Assembly: GCA_964397915.1 (NCBI GenBank)
Contig: CAYNLA010000001.1
Location: 7,542 to 71,541 of the forward strand
Direction: 5' to 3'
Length of the DNA stretch: 64,000 nucleotides
Source of the DNA: an uncultured Polaribacter sp.
Lineage (GTDB): Bacteria > Bacteroidota > Bacteroidia > Flavobacteriales > Schleiferiaceae
Part shown: positions 23,381 to 33,339 of the stretch, piece after piece
Layout of the letters: each line of letters starts with the position of its first letter
Position numbering within the stretch: the stretch's first letter is position 1
Position numbers and translations under genes: made by a program
Notes under the pieces: model-generated
Seen by the model: only the letters and a program-made list of their open reading frames with translations
The model's database searches: none
Told to the model about the DNA's origin: nothing

Positions 23381-25017
23381 TTCAACGGATTTACATAAAC
23401 AACTTCATCCTAATCGATGATCTAACCTTAGATTTTGATACTGGGATGACCGTACTTACTGGTGAAACCGGAGCTGGAAAGAGTATTTTGCTCGGCGCAT
23501 TAGGTGCGGCACTTGGTAATCGACTGGCATCCAAAGGGTTGATTAAGGATTCTAAGAAGAAGGCGGTTATAGAAATTACTGTATCTATTGAAGAATCTTT
23601 CAAAGAAGCTTTTGAATCCAGGGATTTTGATTTCGATACCTCTACGGTATTTCGTAGAGAATTATTGCCAAGTGGGAAAAGTAGAGGCTTTATAAATGAT
23701 ACCCCTGCAAAAAGCAGTGATTTAAATTATTTCGCAAGTTTTTTTATTGATATCAATAGTCAAAGTGATTCTAGGCTATTTAACGAAACGGTAGCTCAGC
23801 TTTCTTTAATTGATACGTTCGAACCCTTAGAGGTTGAATTAGCCGCTTACGAAGCGGCCTACAAAGGTTGGACATCAACAAAGAAAGAATTGGATGTATT
23901 AAGTTCATCTCAGGAGCGAAATGACTTAGACTATCTAGAATTTCTTTACCACGAGCTTGATAAAGCCAATATTAAGCGAGGAGAGTTAGATGATATAGAA
24001 TCTACATTATCACGAGTAAAAGGTGATTTCAAGTATAAAGAAGGGCTTGAAAGCTCAGTCCGACTGATTTCTTTCGATCATGGATTGATGGATACCATTT
24101 ATTCTTTGGAATCTGAGCTTGAAAAACTCAGTGCTATAGATGAAAGTCTCGAAGATCAACTACATGAGGTTCAAGACATCATACCTAAATTGCAAATTCT
24201 TGAGAGGAGTCTTCAATCTAAGTTGAACCAAAGTTCAATGGAGGTAGATGTCGATGAGCTGCAATCGAGGGCGAGTAGAATACGCTCCTTAGTCACAAAA
24301 CACCGTGTCCTGCATTCAGATGAATTAGTCGATAAGTTTGAAGCCATTGCGAATGATATCGCTGCCATTCATTCTAGATCGAGTAGGATTGAAGAGCTAC
24401 AAGAAAACCTAAAGTCTTGGGAGGCACGAATGAAGGAAACGGGAGATTTACTTCATGAGAAAAGAGTATGTGCTGGAGTTAAGATTCAAACCGAAGTACA
24501 AAAGAATTTGGAACAAGTAGATTTGGGAAAAGCACGCTTCGAATTACGTTGGTCAACGACTTCTCCTAAAGCTTTTGGAACCTATAAACCTGAATTTTAT
24601 TTTTCAGCTAATCCTGGTACGCCTTTGGAACTGCTGAATAAAGTAGCATCTGGTGGTGAAAGTAGTCGATTAAAATTAGCATTGAAGGCGGCATTGGGAA
24701 TGCATTCAAAACTAAGCTGTCAAATTTTTGATGAGATAGATACGGGCATTAGTGGTTCCACTGCACAAAAAGTAGGGGCCACCATGAAACGACTTAGTGG
24801 CAATCAACAAATCATCACTATAACACACTTACCACAGGTAGCTGCCTATGGTGCAGCCCATTGGAAAGTTGTCAAAACACAATTAGATAACGAAACCAGT
24901 ACTTCTGTAGAAATCCTTAACGATGCATCAAGGATATCCGAGATTGCTAGAATGCTAAGTGGTGAGGTTATCACCAATGAAGCGCTTAAGCAAGCAGAAG
25001 TGTTGCTATACCAATAG
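23377..25017 (+). CDS. recN: DNA repair protein RecN
   Basis: SMC-like Walker A LTGETGAGKS, long coiled coil, signature ASGGESSR, Walker B IFDEIDTG. Confidence 0.95.
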   Translation: MIQRIYINNFILIDDLTLDFDTGMTVLTGETGAGKSILLGALGAALGNRLASKGLIKDSKKKAVIEITVSIEESFKEAFESRDFDFDTSTVFRRELLPSGKSRGFINDTPAKSSDLNYFASFFIDINSQSDSRLFNETVAQLSLIDTFEPLEVELAAYEAAYKGWTSTKKELDVLSSSQERNDLDYLEFLYHELDKANIKRGELDDIESTLSRVKGDFKYKEGLESSVRLISFDHGLMDTIYSLESELEKLSAIDESLEDQLHEVQDIIPKLQILERSLQSKLNQSSMEVDVDELQSRASRIRSLVTKHRVLHSDELVDKFEAIANDIAAIHSRSSRIEELQENLKSWEARMKETGDLLHEKRVCAGVKIQTEVQKNLEQVDLGKARFELRWSTTSPKAFGTYKPEFYFSANPGTPLELLNKVASGGESSRLKLALKAALGMHSKLSCQIFDEIDTGISGSTAQKVGATMKRLSGNQQIITITHLPQVAAYGAAHWKVVKTQLDNETSTSVEILNDASRISEIARMLSGEVITNEALKQAEVLLYQ

Positions 25018-25056
25018 TATAAACTATTTTAGCATTTCAATTCAACACGAAAAACT

Positions 25057-25881
25057 ATGTCAAATGGACTATTGAGCGGAAAATGCGGTATCGTATTTGG
25101 TGCTCTTAATTCAGATTCTATTGCTTGGAAGGCCGCTGAAGCCATTCATGCTCAAGGAGGTAAAGTTGTTTTAACCAATGCTCCTATCGCTATGAGAATG
25201 GGGGAACTTAATGGTCTTGCAGAGGCAATTGATGCGCCTATTATTCCAGCGGATGCCACTAACATGGATGAACTCAATGCTCTAATTCAAGGAGCAATGG
25301 ATCACTTTGGTGGTAAACTAGATTTTATCTTGCATTCTATTGGCATGAGTGTCAATGTTCGCAAAGGCAAGCATTACACAGAATTGAATTATGATTGGCT
25401 TCAAAAAGGCTGGGACGTGAGCGCTGTGAGCTTTCACAAAGTCATGCAAACTGCTTGGAACTTGGACGCAATGAACGAATGGGGTTCAATTCTCGGTTTG
25501 ACTTATATGGCCGCTCAACGTACGTTCCCAGATTACAATGATATGGCCGACAACAAGAGTTATCTAGAAAGTATTGCTCGAAGCTTTGGTTACCACTGGG
25601 GTGTTAAGAAAAATGTACGTGTTAATACAATTTCTCAAAGCCCTACACCAACAACCGCTGGTTCTGGTGTTAAAGGATTTGGTGGATTTATTGCTTATGC
25701 AGAAAAGATGTCACCCCTAGGAAATGCTACTGCTGAGGATTGTGCTAACTACTGTGTGGCCATGTTCTCTGACTTAACCAAACGTGTTACAATGCAAAAC
25801 CTATACAACGATGGTGGTTTTAGTAACATGGGAGTCAGCGATCTCGTAATGGCTCAATTTATGGAAGGAGAGGAGCAATAA
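25057..25881 (+). CDS. fabI: enoyl-[acyl-carrier-protein] reductase (NADH), FabI
   Basis: SDR fold: GKCGIVFGALNSDSIAW...FILHSIGMS...YMAAQ...NKSYLES...NTISQSPTPTTAG. Confidence 0.9.
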   Translation: MSNGLLSGKCGIVFGALNSDSIAWKAAEAIHAQGGKVVLTNAPIAMRMGELNGLAEAIDAPIIPADATNMDELNALIQGAMDHFGGKLDFILHSIGMSVNVRKGKHYTELNYDWLQKGWDVSAVSFHKVMQTAWNLDAMNEWGSILGLTYMAAQRTFPDYNDMADNKSYLESIARSFGYHWGVKKNVRVNTISQSPTPTTAGSGVKGFGGFIAYAEKMSPLGNATAEDCANYCVAMFSDLTKRVTMQNLYNDGGFSNMGVSDLVMAQFMEGEEQ

Positions 25882-25903
25882 CCTTGCTTCAATTTGAATA
25901 AAT

Positions 25904-25936
25904 AAAAAGCCACCTCTTTACGGGGTGGCTTTTTTA
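25904..25936. terminator. bidirectional rho-independent terminator between fabI and the convergent GT gene
   Basis: AAAAAGCCACC(25904-25914)...GGTGGCTTTTTT(25924-25935). The A-run/T-run symmetry allows use on both strands. It overlaps the last codons of the minus-strand ORF. Confidence 0.7.
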
Positions 25937-27288
25937 TAGAGTTTAAGTTTCGCCTTCTCGAATTCCTCGACAAGCTCAAAACCTTCTGGGGTATTTTCCT
26001 CACTTTGAGTCAAATACAAACTTTGCTCTGCATTCGAGAAATACAATTTATTGTACCGAGCGCCGATCGCTGATAGTTTCCATTGCAACTCCAATTGGTT
26101 CACTTGAATATGAGATTGAGGATACAATTTCGAAATTTCAGTTAATGCTTTAATCGTATGCTTATCTCTAGAGGGGCTTTTACTGTAATATAAGCTCAGT
26201 CCAATTGCCACGACCCACAATGACAAGTTTGCGATAGTCAAGCGCTTTACCCACCGTTTACGTTGAATGGTCCAAGGCCAATCGTTTTGTTCGAAAAGCA
26301 TAGCAAAACCGAGCATCCAAAAAACCATCGCAGGCATAAAATAGTAATGGTGCTGACGATCCATAAAAAAGAATGGAAGGGTGCCACTAAGCGCTATGAG
26401 AAAAAAGAAAATGGTTTCTTTCCTCAACGAATACAAAGACTTTCGGCGTATAGTTAAAATCGCCAAAACTAACATTGGTATAGCCAGTTGTTTCAATATT
26501 TCTAAAAGACTCATCATTGCAGATCCTGACTGCTCACGCTCTCCCGATAATGTTGGCAAGAGTTGTCGATCTAAATACCCGTTGAAGAATTTCTGAAAAT
26601 CAGGTTGGTAGATATAGAAATATGAAAAGAGTGCACTAAAAACGACTACCATAGAGAACAAGCTCACAAAAGCAGATTTACGATGCTCCGGAAAAAAGAC
26701 AGCCAGTAGGGGTAATGTAACTATTGGAAAGAGACCCACTGGTCCCTTAATCCCAACAGCAATGAAAAATGCAACACCAGCTAAGGCACTCCAGAAATAG
26801 TTACGCTTGAAGGTCCCTTCAATCAGCAACCAAACCACTGCCAAAACTGCTGTATTCAATGGCGCTTCAAGCATGTTGTTCTGATGCACCCACATTACCG
26901 TAGGCGTTAGTGTCCATAAAAGTTGGGGGATCCATGCACGATGTCCTGCAGGTATAAACAGGGTCCAAATACGTCGAAGCATCAAAATACTCAATCCATA
27001 CATGGTATATGGATAGATTCTATCTACCCAAGGTTGATCACCAAAGAGTCGGTAAAAAAAACTATGCAGCCCGAACGAAAAAGGAGGGTGTTCAAAAAAC
27101 GTAGGATGAATGTATGGTGTGTAATGAGGAGCCCAGAAACTACCTACCCCTTCTTCTAAATTTCGAGCTATTGTAGCATAGGTAAGTCCATCGAAAAACA
27201 TACCCTTAGTAAACAATAGAGGTAGCATGAGCAATGCAGCTACAGCCCAAGAAAATTGATTCAATCGATGGTTAATGAAATGACTCAT
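25918..27288 (-). CDS. polytopic membrane glycosyltransferase, ArnT/PMT (GT39/GT83)-like
   Basis: More than 10 hydrophobic segments. N-terminal loop FFDGLTYATIARNLEEG resembles the DE-type loop of ArnT/PMT enzymes. Confidence 0.55.
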   Translation of the reverse strand: MSHFINHRLNQFSWAVAALLMLPLLFTKGMFFDGLTYATIARNLEEGVGSFWAPHYTPYIHPTFFEHPPFSFGLHSFFYRLFGDQPWVDRIYPYTMYGLSILMLRRIWTLFIPAGHRAWIPQLLWTLTPTVMWVHQNNMLEAPLNTAVLAVVWLLIEGTFKRNYFWSALAGVAFFIAVGIKGPVGLFPIVTLPLLAVFFPEHRKSAFVSLFSMVVVFSALFSYFYIYQPDFQKFFNGYLDRQLLPTLSGEREQSGSAMMSLLEILKQLAIPMLVLAILTIRRKSLYSLRKETIFFFLIALSGTLPFFFMDRQHHYYFMPAMVFWMLGFAMLFEQNDWPWTIQRKRWVKRLTIANLSLWVVAIGLSLYYSKSPSRDKHTIKALTEISKLYPQSHIQVNQLELQWKLSAIGARYNKLYFSNAEQSLYLTQSEENTPEGFELVEEFEKAKLKLYKKATP

Positions 27289-28868
27289 TAATATTCACTC
27301 TTTAAATGAAACGTGATCTTGTCAAATTTTTCCTGCGCCATTTGAAGCGAGAACTGCGAATCCGCAAGAAACACAAGTCTACCAAATTTATCCTCAGCTA
27401 AATACCGCTGCTTCAACGTACTGAATTCCTTGAGTTGGGATTCGTCGGTACTTTCAATCCAGCATGCCTTGAAAGCTGGAAAGGCCTCATAACTGCATTT
27501 AGCATTATACTCATGTTCCAATCGGTATTGAATTACCTCGTATTGCAAAGCCCCGACTGTTCCAATGATTTTTCGATTGTTTTGCTTTAGGGTGAACAAT
27601 TGTGCCACACCTTCATCCATTAATTGATCGATTCCTTTCGACAATTGCTTTGCCTTTAGCGGATCATCATTATTAATAAATCTGAAATGTTCCGGTGAAA
27701 ATGAGGGAATACCTGTGAAATGAAGATCCTCTTTAGTAGTTACAGTATCTCCAATTCTAAACGTTCCATTATCCGGAATACCGATAATATCACCCGGGTA
27801 GGCTTCATCTATGGTACTTTTTTTCTCAGCCATGAAAGCCGTAGGGGCACTAACTCTGAACGTCTTGCCCGTTCTAGTGTGGACATACTGCTTATTCCGC
27901 TCAAACTTTCCACTAACCACTTTTAAGAACGCAATTCTATTGCGATGATTAGGGTCAATGTTGGCGTGAATTTTAAATACGAAGCCACTAAAGTCTGATT
28001 CTTCTGGTAACACACGACGTTCTTCGGCCTCCTTAGGTTGGGGATAAGGGGCGATCTCTTGAAAGCAATCCAAAAGTTCCCGAACACCAAAATTATTTAA
28101 GGCAGATCCAAAGAATACGGGACATAACGCACCATTTAAATATTCCTCTTGATTGAATTTAGGATATACGGCATCGAGTAGCTCCACATCGCTTCTCAAT
28201 TCTTGCGCTGCATCAGCTCCAACAAGTTGATCTAAAGTGGGGTCTGAAATATCTGTGATGGCAACACCTTCACTTATTTTCTGCTTATTCTCAGCACCAT
28301 ATAAATGGACATTGGACTCCCATTTATTGTACACTCCTTTAAAGCGTTGTCCCATACCTATTGGCCAAGACATAGGGCATAACGTGAGGCCTAACTTTTG
28401 CTCGACTTCATCAATAAGATCAAATCCATCTTTCCCTTCGCGGTCCAACTTATTAATAAAAACGATAATTGGCGTGTCCCTCATCCGACACACCTGAACT
28501 AGTTTCTCCGTTTGAGTCTCAACACCTTTCGCAACGTCAATGACGACAATAACACTATCACACGCCGTTAATGTTCTATAGGTATCCTCAGCAAAATCTT
28601 GGTGACCTGGTGTATCTAATATATTGATCTTCTTGTCCTTATAATAGAATCCCATTACGGATGTAGCAACAGATATACCACGTTGCTTTTCAATCTCCAT
28701 GAAATCAGAGGTAGCCGATTTTTTAACCTTGTTACTTTTAACTGCTCCAGCCTCCTGAATAGCTCCACCAAAGAGCAGCAGCTTTTCAGTAAGTGTTGTT
28801 TTTCCGGCATCCGGGTGAGAAATAATTCCGAAGGTTCGTCGCTTTTGTATTTCGGCTTTAATAGACAT
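27288..28868 (-). CDS. prfC: peptide chain release factor 3
   Basis: GTPase motifs RRTFGIISHPDAGKTTLTEK, DTPGHQDF, NKLDR; 526 aa. Confidence 0.96.
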   Translation of the reverse strand: MSIKAEIQKRRTFGIISHPDAGKTTLTEKLLLFGGAIQEAGAVKSNKVKKSATSDFMEIEKQRGISVATSVMGFYYKDKKINILDTPGHQDFAEDTYRTLTACDSVIVVIDVAKGVETQTEKLVQVCRMRDTPIIVFINKLDREGKDGFDLIDEVEQKLGLTLCPMSWPIGMGQRFKGVYNKWESNVHLYGAENKQKISEGVAITDISDPTLDQLVGADAAQELRSDVELLDAVYPKFNQEEYLNGALCPVFFGSALNNFGVRELLDCFQEIAPYPQPKEAEERRVLPEESDFSGFVFKIHANIDPNHRNRIAFLKVVSGKFERNKQYVHTRTGKTFRVSAPTAFMAEKKSTIDEAYPGDIIGIPDNGTFRIGDTVTTKEDLHFTGIPSFSPEHFRFINNDDPLKAKQLSKGIDQLMDEGVAQLFTLKQNNRKIIGTVGALQYEVIQYRLEHEYNAKCSYEAFPAFKACWIESTDESQLKEFSTLKQRYLAEDKFGRLVFLADSQFSLQMAQEKFDKITFHLKSEY

Positions 28869-28886
28869 CTATATCGAATTAGAGTG

Positions 28887-28894
28887 CAAATATA
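28887..28894 (-). promoter_or_regulatory. Bacteroidota -7 promoter box (TAnnTTTG) for prfC
   Basis: The minus strand reads TATATTTG, 18 nt upstream of the prfC ATG at 28868. Confidence 0.45.
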
Positions 28895-28981
28895 TCAAAG
28901 GTATATGTGCATACTTGCGGAAATTTAGTATACTCGCACGTTTATCTTAAACCATTAGGTTAAATTGGTGTTAGAGGGTAC

Positions 28982-29866
28982 GTGGAAAGCAGGTATTCAA
29001 TAAAAGATTTAGAGCAAATAAGTGGTATCAAGGCGCATACATTGCGTGCTTGGGAGCAACGCCATAAGCTTATTAACCCGAAAAGAACGAGTACCAACAT
29101 TCGTTTTTATGGGGATGACGATTTACGTACCGTCCTGAATACGTCAGTGCTCCTGGACGCGGGGTATAAAATCGGTCAAATAGCTAAACTCAGTAGCTCT
29201 GAGCTCAGTGCTAAGGCCCTGGAGGAATCTCCTTATACAGGCGCCTATACTTATGAACTCAACGAACTGAAGTTGTCTACCTTAAACTTTGACTTACCTC
29301 GTTTTGAAGAGGTGATGAGTCATTGTGTTTCTAAGTTTGGTGTCCACAAGACCTTTCAAGAGATTATTGGGGATTATATCCAGGAGTTGGGCAAATTGTG
29401 GCTTGCGGGGAACGTAAGTATATCACAAGAGCACTTTATGTCTTCGCTCATTCGTCAAAAATTGTTCTCGGCTATCGACTCGCTACCAAGTGTATCCGTC
29501 CCAAAATCTGGAAGCTATGCACTGTTCTTACCTGCAAATGAACTGCATGAACTTGGATTGCTATATCTAACTTACGTTTTAAAGGAAAGGGGAGAGCACG
29601 TCTATTATTTAGGGCAAAGTCTTCCTAAAGAGTATTTGGAGGATCTTTTGAATTATAAAAACGTTACTCATCTAATCTCAGCCTTCACAACCAATCCAGA
29701 TGTTGAACAATTGGATGACTATCTTGTAGAACTTGACGATATGGTCGAAGGAAAAGACGTTCAAGTTCTGCTTACTGGCTATCTATTTTCTCAGTTTCAG
29801 CCCAAATCAGACTATCGCAATATTGAGATTTTCCAGTCTTTAAAGGACTTGAGCGCTAGTATTTAA
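28982..29866 (+). CDS. MerR-family regulator with CarH/LitR-type adenosylcobalamin-binding photoreceptor module
   Basis: N-terminal MerR HTH YSIKDLEQISGIKAHTLRAWEQRHKL. C-terminal signatures W-x9-E-H (W140LAGNVSISQE150H151, W codon at 29399-29401) and E-x-H-x-x-G (ELH189ELG, H codon at 29546-29548). GTG start. Confidence 0.8.
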   Translation: MESRYSIKDLEQISGIKAHTLRAWEQRHKLINPKRTSTNIRFYGDDDLRTVLNTSVLLDAGYKIGQIAKLSSSELSAKALEESPYTGAYTYELNELKLSTLNFDLPRFEEVMSHCVSKFGVHKTFQEIIGDYIQELGKLWLAGNVSISQEHFMSSLIRQKLFSAIDSLPSVSVPKSGSYALFLPANELHELGLLYLTYVLKERGEHVYYLGQSLPKEYLEDLLNYKNVTHLISAFTTNPDVEQLDDYLVELDDMVEGKDVQVLLTGYLFSQFQPKSDYRNIEIFQSLKDLSASI

Positions 29867-29899
29867 TGATTTTATCGTTTGTTTAATAATTTTTTAAAA

Positions 29900-29921
29900 A
29901 AGTTTGACAGAATGTTCAAAC
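29900..29921 (+). promoter_or_regulatory. candidate CarH/LitR operator upstream of the ECF sigma gene
   Basis: AAGTTTGACAG (29900-29910) fits the 11-bp CarH repeat pattern nAnnTnnACAn as I recall it. The adjacent AATGTTCAAAC (29911-29921) misses by one base. The pair also contains GTTTGA-N8-TCAAAC. Confidence 0.35.
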
Positions 29922-29964
29922 ACTTTGTTTAACTTTAAACTCCGAAACGTTAAACAAACTAATT

Positions 29965-30471
29965 ATGTCTACCGCAGAATTCGGTCAACTCATTGATAGA
30001 GAGTATGAGTTTTTAAATCAGCTCGCTATGAAATTGACAAAGCAACGAGATGATGCTGAGGATCTCATACAGGATACCTACTACAAGGCATTAAAGAATA
30101 AAGACAAGTTTGCTACTGGAACGAATTTGAAAGGGTGGTTGTATACCATCATGAAAAATACGTTCATCAACAATTACCGTAGAAAGCGTAATCAAAATAC
30201 GTTTGTTGACGAAACGGATTCTCAATTCTTCTTGAATTCTAAAGAATCTAGTAAAAGCACTCATACCGAAGCCAATGTGGATAATGAGTACATCATGAAT
30301 CAAATCGGTACCATTGAAAAGCATTACACCGAGGCATTTTTCATGCATTACGAAGGCTATAAGTATGAGGAAATCGCAGAGCACTTCGGTATTCCTTTAG
30401 GTACGGTCAAATCAAGAATATTCTTGGCTAGACAGAAAATGATGGAAAAATTAGGCGACCTTCGCTATTAG
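29965..30471 (+). CDS. ECF-type RNA polymerase sigma-70 factor
   Basis: Region 2 DAEDLIQDTYYKALKNKDKF...LKGWLYTIMKNTFINNYRRK and region 4 YKYEEIAEHFGIPLGTVKSRIFLARQKM; 168 aa. No adjacent anti-sigma ORF. Confidence 0.9.
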   Translation: MSTAEFGQLIDREYEFLNQLAMKLTKQRDDAEDLIQDTYYKALKNKDKFATGTNLKGWLYTIMKNTFINNYRRKRNQNTFVDETDSQFFLNSKESSKSTHTEANVDNEYIMNQIGTIEKHYTEAFFMHYEGYKYEEIAEHFGIPLGTVKSRIFLARQKMMEKLGDLRY

Positions 30472-30494
30472 TCCTACCACCTAAACGCCCCACA

Positions 30495-31970
30495 ATGAAA
30501 TCAGTTATAGTAATCGGCTCTGGATTTGCCGGTTTGAGTTCCGCATCCTTTCTTGCCAAGTCTGGATACGACGTCACCTTGCTTGAAAAAAATGATCAAT
30601 TAGGCGGTCGTGCCCGTGTTTGGGAAACCAAAGGCTACAAATTCGATATGGGACCTAGTTGGTATTGGATGCCAGATGTATTTGAGCGCTATTTCGAAGC
30701 GTTTGGATATGAGGTTCCCGAACTATATGAATTGATAAGGCTAAACCCTTCCTATCGAGTGGTCTTTGGACCAGATGAATTCGAAGATCAAAGCGCGAAT
30801 ATGAAAGAGTTAGAGGCTATGTTTGAACGCCTCGACCCAGGATCTAGCAAACGGCTTCAAAAGTTTTTAAAGGAAGCTGCCTATAAGTACGAAGTTGGAA
30901 TTAAGGACTTAGTACATAAGCCATCGAGATCCTTACTCGAGTTTGCTGATTTTAGAATTCTAAAGGGCTTATTTCAATTGGACTTACTAAAAGACATGCG
31001 TAAGCACGTTGCTGAAGTAAGTACCCACCCGAAGTTGAAAGCTATAATGGAGTTCCCAGTATTATTCTTGGGAGCTTTACCTCAAAATACTCCAGCCCTA
31101 TACAGCTTGATGAATTATGCCGATATGTCTTTAGGTACTTGGTATCCAAAGGGCGGAATGAATAAAATCATTGAAGCAATGGTAAAAGTCGCGAAGGAGC
31201 AAGGGGTTAAATTCCGCACCAATGCTGAAGTAACGGGTTTCAAGTACTCGGGAGATAGAATAGTAGGGGTTACAACTAAGAAAGGTGCCTTTAGCGCAGA
31301 TATAGTTGTAGCTGGCGCCGATTATCATCACGTAGATCAGAACGTATCTGCGGAAGACAAGCGTGAATATTCTGAAAAATATTGGGAGAAGAGAAAAATG
31401 GCTCCTTCATCGTTGCTGTTTTACCTTGGAATAAAGGGGGAAGTGCCGAACGTCTTGCACCACAATTTGTTCTTCGACCATGAATTGGATCAGCATGCAG
31501 CGGAACTCTATACAACGCCACAGTGGCCGACGAAGCCATTGTTCTATGCGAGCGCTCCTTCAAAAACAGATAAATCAATCGCACCTGAAGGCTGTGAGAA
31601 TATGTTTCTTTTGATGCCTACTGCTCCTGGTTTAGGAGGTGATACAGAGGAGGTTAGAGAGAAATATTACAACATTATGATGGATCGACTTGAACAATTT
31701 ACGGGTTCAAGCATTAGAGATAGAGTAGAGGTTAAACGCAGCTTTGCATTCTCCGATTTCAAATCAGAGTACAACAGCTTTAAAGGAAATGCTTACGGGT
31801 TAGCCAATACAATTGACCAAACGGCAATTCTAAAACCGAGACTAAAGAGCAAAAAAGTACGTAACCTTTATTTCGCAGGACAACTTACAACACCGGGACC
31901 TGGTGTACCGCCAACCTTAATTAGTGGGGAAGTTGTAAGCAAAGAAATAGCTAAAGACTTCAAACTATAA
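30495..31970 (+). CDS. crtI: phytoene desaturase
   Basis: FAD motif VIVIGSGFAGLSSASFLAKSGYDVTLLEKNDQLGGRA and C-terminal carotenoid-desaturase motif YFAGQLTTPGPGVP. Confidence 0.93.
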   Translation: MKSVIVIGSGFAGLSSASFLAKSGYDVTLLEKNDQLGGRARVWETKGYKFDMGPSWYWMPDVFERYFEAFGYEVPELYELIRLNPSYRVVFGPDEFEDQSANMKELEAMFERLDPGSSKRLQKFLKEAAYKYEVGIKDLVHKPSRSLLEFADFRILKGLFQLDLLKDMRKHVAEVSTHPKLKAIMEFPVLFLGALPQNTPALYSLMNYADMSLGTWYPKGGMNKIIEAMVKVAKEQGVKFRTNAEVTGFKYSGDRIVGVTTKKGAFSADIVVAGADYHHVDQNVSAEDKREYSEKYWEKRKMAPSSLLFYLGIKGEVPNVLHHNLFFDHELDQHAAELYTTPQWPTKPLFYASAPSKTDKSIAPEGCENMFLLMPTAPGLGGDTEEVREKYYNIMMDRLEQFTGSSIRDRVEVKRSFAFSDFKSEYNSFKGNAYGLANTIDQTAILKPRLKSKKVRNLYFAGQLTTPGPGVPPTLISGEVVSKEIAKDFKL

Positions 31971-32806
31971 TGAAAGCACTATTTGACAGCATTAGCATTC
32001 GGTCGAGCCGAATGGTTACGAAGGCTTATAGTACTTCGTTCTCTCTTGGAATCTTAGGTTTAGATCGTAAATACCACGATCCCATCTATGCCATTTATGG
32101 CTTTGTGCGATTTGCAGATGAGATTGTCGACTCCTTCGAGGGATATGCCCAAAAAGAATTATTGGAAGATTTCTGGAAGGATACCTACAAGGCATTAGAC
32201 CTGAAAATAAGTTTGAATCCTATTCTAAACAGTTTTCAGCAAGTCGTTCATGCCTACAGTATTGATCGTGATTTAATTGAGACTTTTTTAAAGTCGATGG
32301 AAATGGACCTCTACAAGCATGAATATGATGAAGCAGGCTACAAGGCTTACATACTAGGTAGTGCGGAAGTCGTTGGTCTAATGTGCTTAAAGGTTTTTGT
32401 CGATGGCAATGAGGAAAAATATCAATTGCTCAAGAAACCAGCCATGCAATTGGGGTCAGCTTTCCAAAAGATAAATTTCCTTCGTGATTTAAATGCGGAT
32501 TACCACAGCCTCGGACGAACTTATTTTCCGGGTGTAGACTTGAATAACTTTAACGAGGAGGTAAAGGCTGAAATTGAAGCGGATATTGAAATAGACTTTA
32601 ATGCCGGATATGAAGGCATCAAGCAGCTACCCAAAGGCGCTCGTTTCGGTGTTTACATAGCTTACGTTTACTACTACAGTTTATTTAAGAAGATTGAAAA
32701 GACTCATTGTGACCTCATTTTGAATGAGCGGGTGAGAATCAGTAACAAAAGAAAATACGGCTTATTCTTGAGCTCTTATTTTAGACATACCATTAATTGG
32801 ATTTGA
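31970..32806 (+). CDS. crtB: phytoene synthase
   Basis: SQS/PSY motifs YAIYGFVRFADEIVD and FQKINFLRDLNADY. Confidence 0.92.
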   Translation: MKALFDSISIRSSRMVTKAYSTSFSLGILGLDRKYHDPIYAIYGFVRFADEIVDSFEGYAQKELLEDFWKDTYKALDLKISLNPILNSFQQVVHAYSIDRDLIETFLKSMEMDLYKHEYDEAGYKAYILGSAEVVGLMCLKVFVDGNEEKYQLLKKPAMQLGSAFQKINFLRDLNADYHSLGRTYFPGVDLNNFNEEVKAEIEADIEIDFNAGYEGIKQLPKGARFGVYIAYVYYYSLFKKIEKTHCDLILNERVRISNKRKYGLFLSSYFRHTINWI

Positions 32807-32808
32807 CA

Positions 32809-33339
32809 ATGCTTGAACAAGTTATCCTGGTCGATGAGCAAGACAATGCTCTAGGACTGATGGAGAAAATGGAAGCGCATCGCTTGGCGAAACTACACCG
32901 TGCATTCTCTGTTTTCGCCATGAATGACAAAAATGAAATTCTTTTACAACGTCGTGCTTTGCATAAATACCACAGCGGTGGACTTTGGACGAACACATGT
33001 TGTTCGCATCCACGAGACGGTGAGACCGTAGAGCAGGCCGCTAAAAGACGTTTAATGGAGGAGATGGGATTCACTTGTGAAGTGAAACGAATTTTCTCTT
33101 TTATATACAAGGCAGAATTGGATAACGACCTAACAGAGCATGAATTAGATCACGTTCTGATCGCTCGTTACAATGAAGATCCGAATATTAATCCCGATGA
33201 AGTCGATAGTTTTGATTGGAAATCTGTAGAGTGGGTTGCAAATGACATGAAGTCAAACCCTGATAGCTATACAGTTTGGTTTAAAATTATCTATGACCGA
33301 TTCTTAACCTATTGGATGAATGAGAATCACGGTCTCTAG
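32809..33339 (+). CDS. idi: isopentenyl-diphosphate delta-isomerase, type 1 (Nudix)
   Basis: HRAFSVF...LLQRRALHKYHSGGLWTNTCCSHP...AAKRRLMEEMG. ATG at 32809 preferred over the TTG at 32797. Confidence 0.9.
   Translation: MLEQVILVDEQDNALGLMEKMEAHRLAKLHRAFSVFAMNDKNEILLQRRALHKYHSGGLWTNTCCSHPRDGETVEQAAKRRLMEEMGFTCEVKRIFSFIYKAELDNDLTEHELDHVLIARYNEDPNINPDEVDSFDWKSVEWVANDMKSNPDSYTVWFKIIYDRFLTYWMNENHGL

Noticed and set aside
28885-28911. Imperfect inverted repeat TGCAAATATA-N7-TATATGTGCA between prfC and the MerR/B12 gene, considered as the photoreceptor operator.
   Set aside because: The left arm is simply the exact TAnnTTTG -7 box of prfC on the minus strand. The right arm looks like a near -7 box (TATATGTG) facing the other way. 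Two divergent promoters explain the symmetry, and there are no CarH-type nAnnTnnACAn repeats here.
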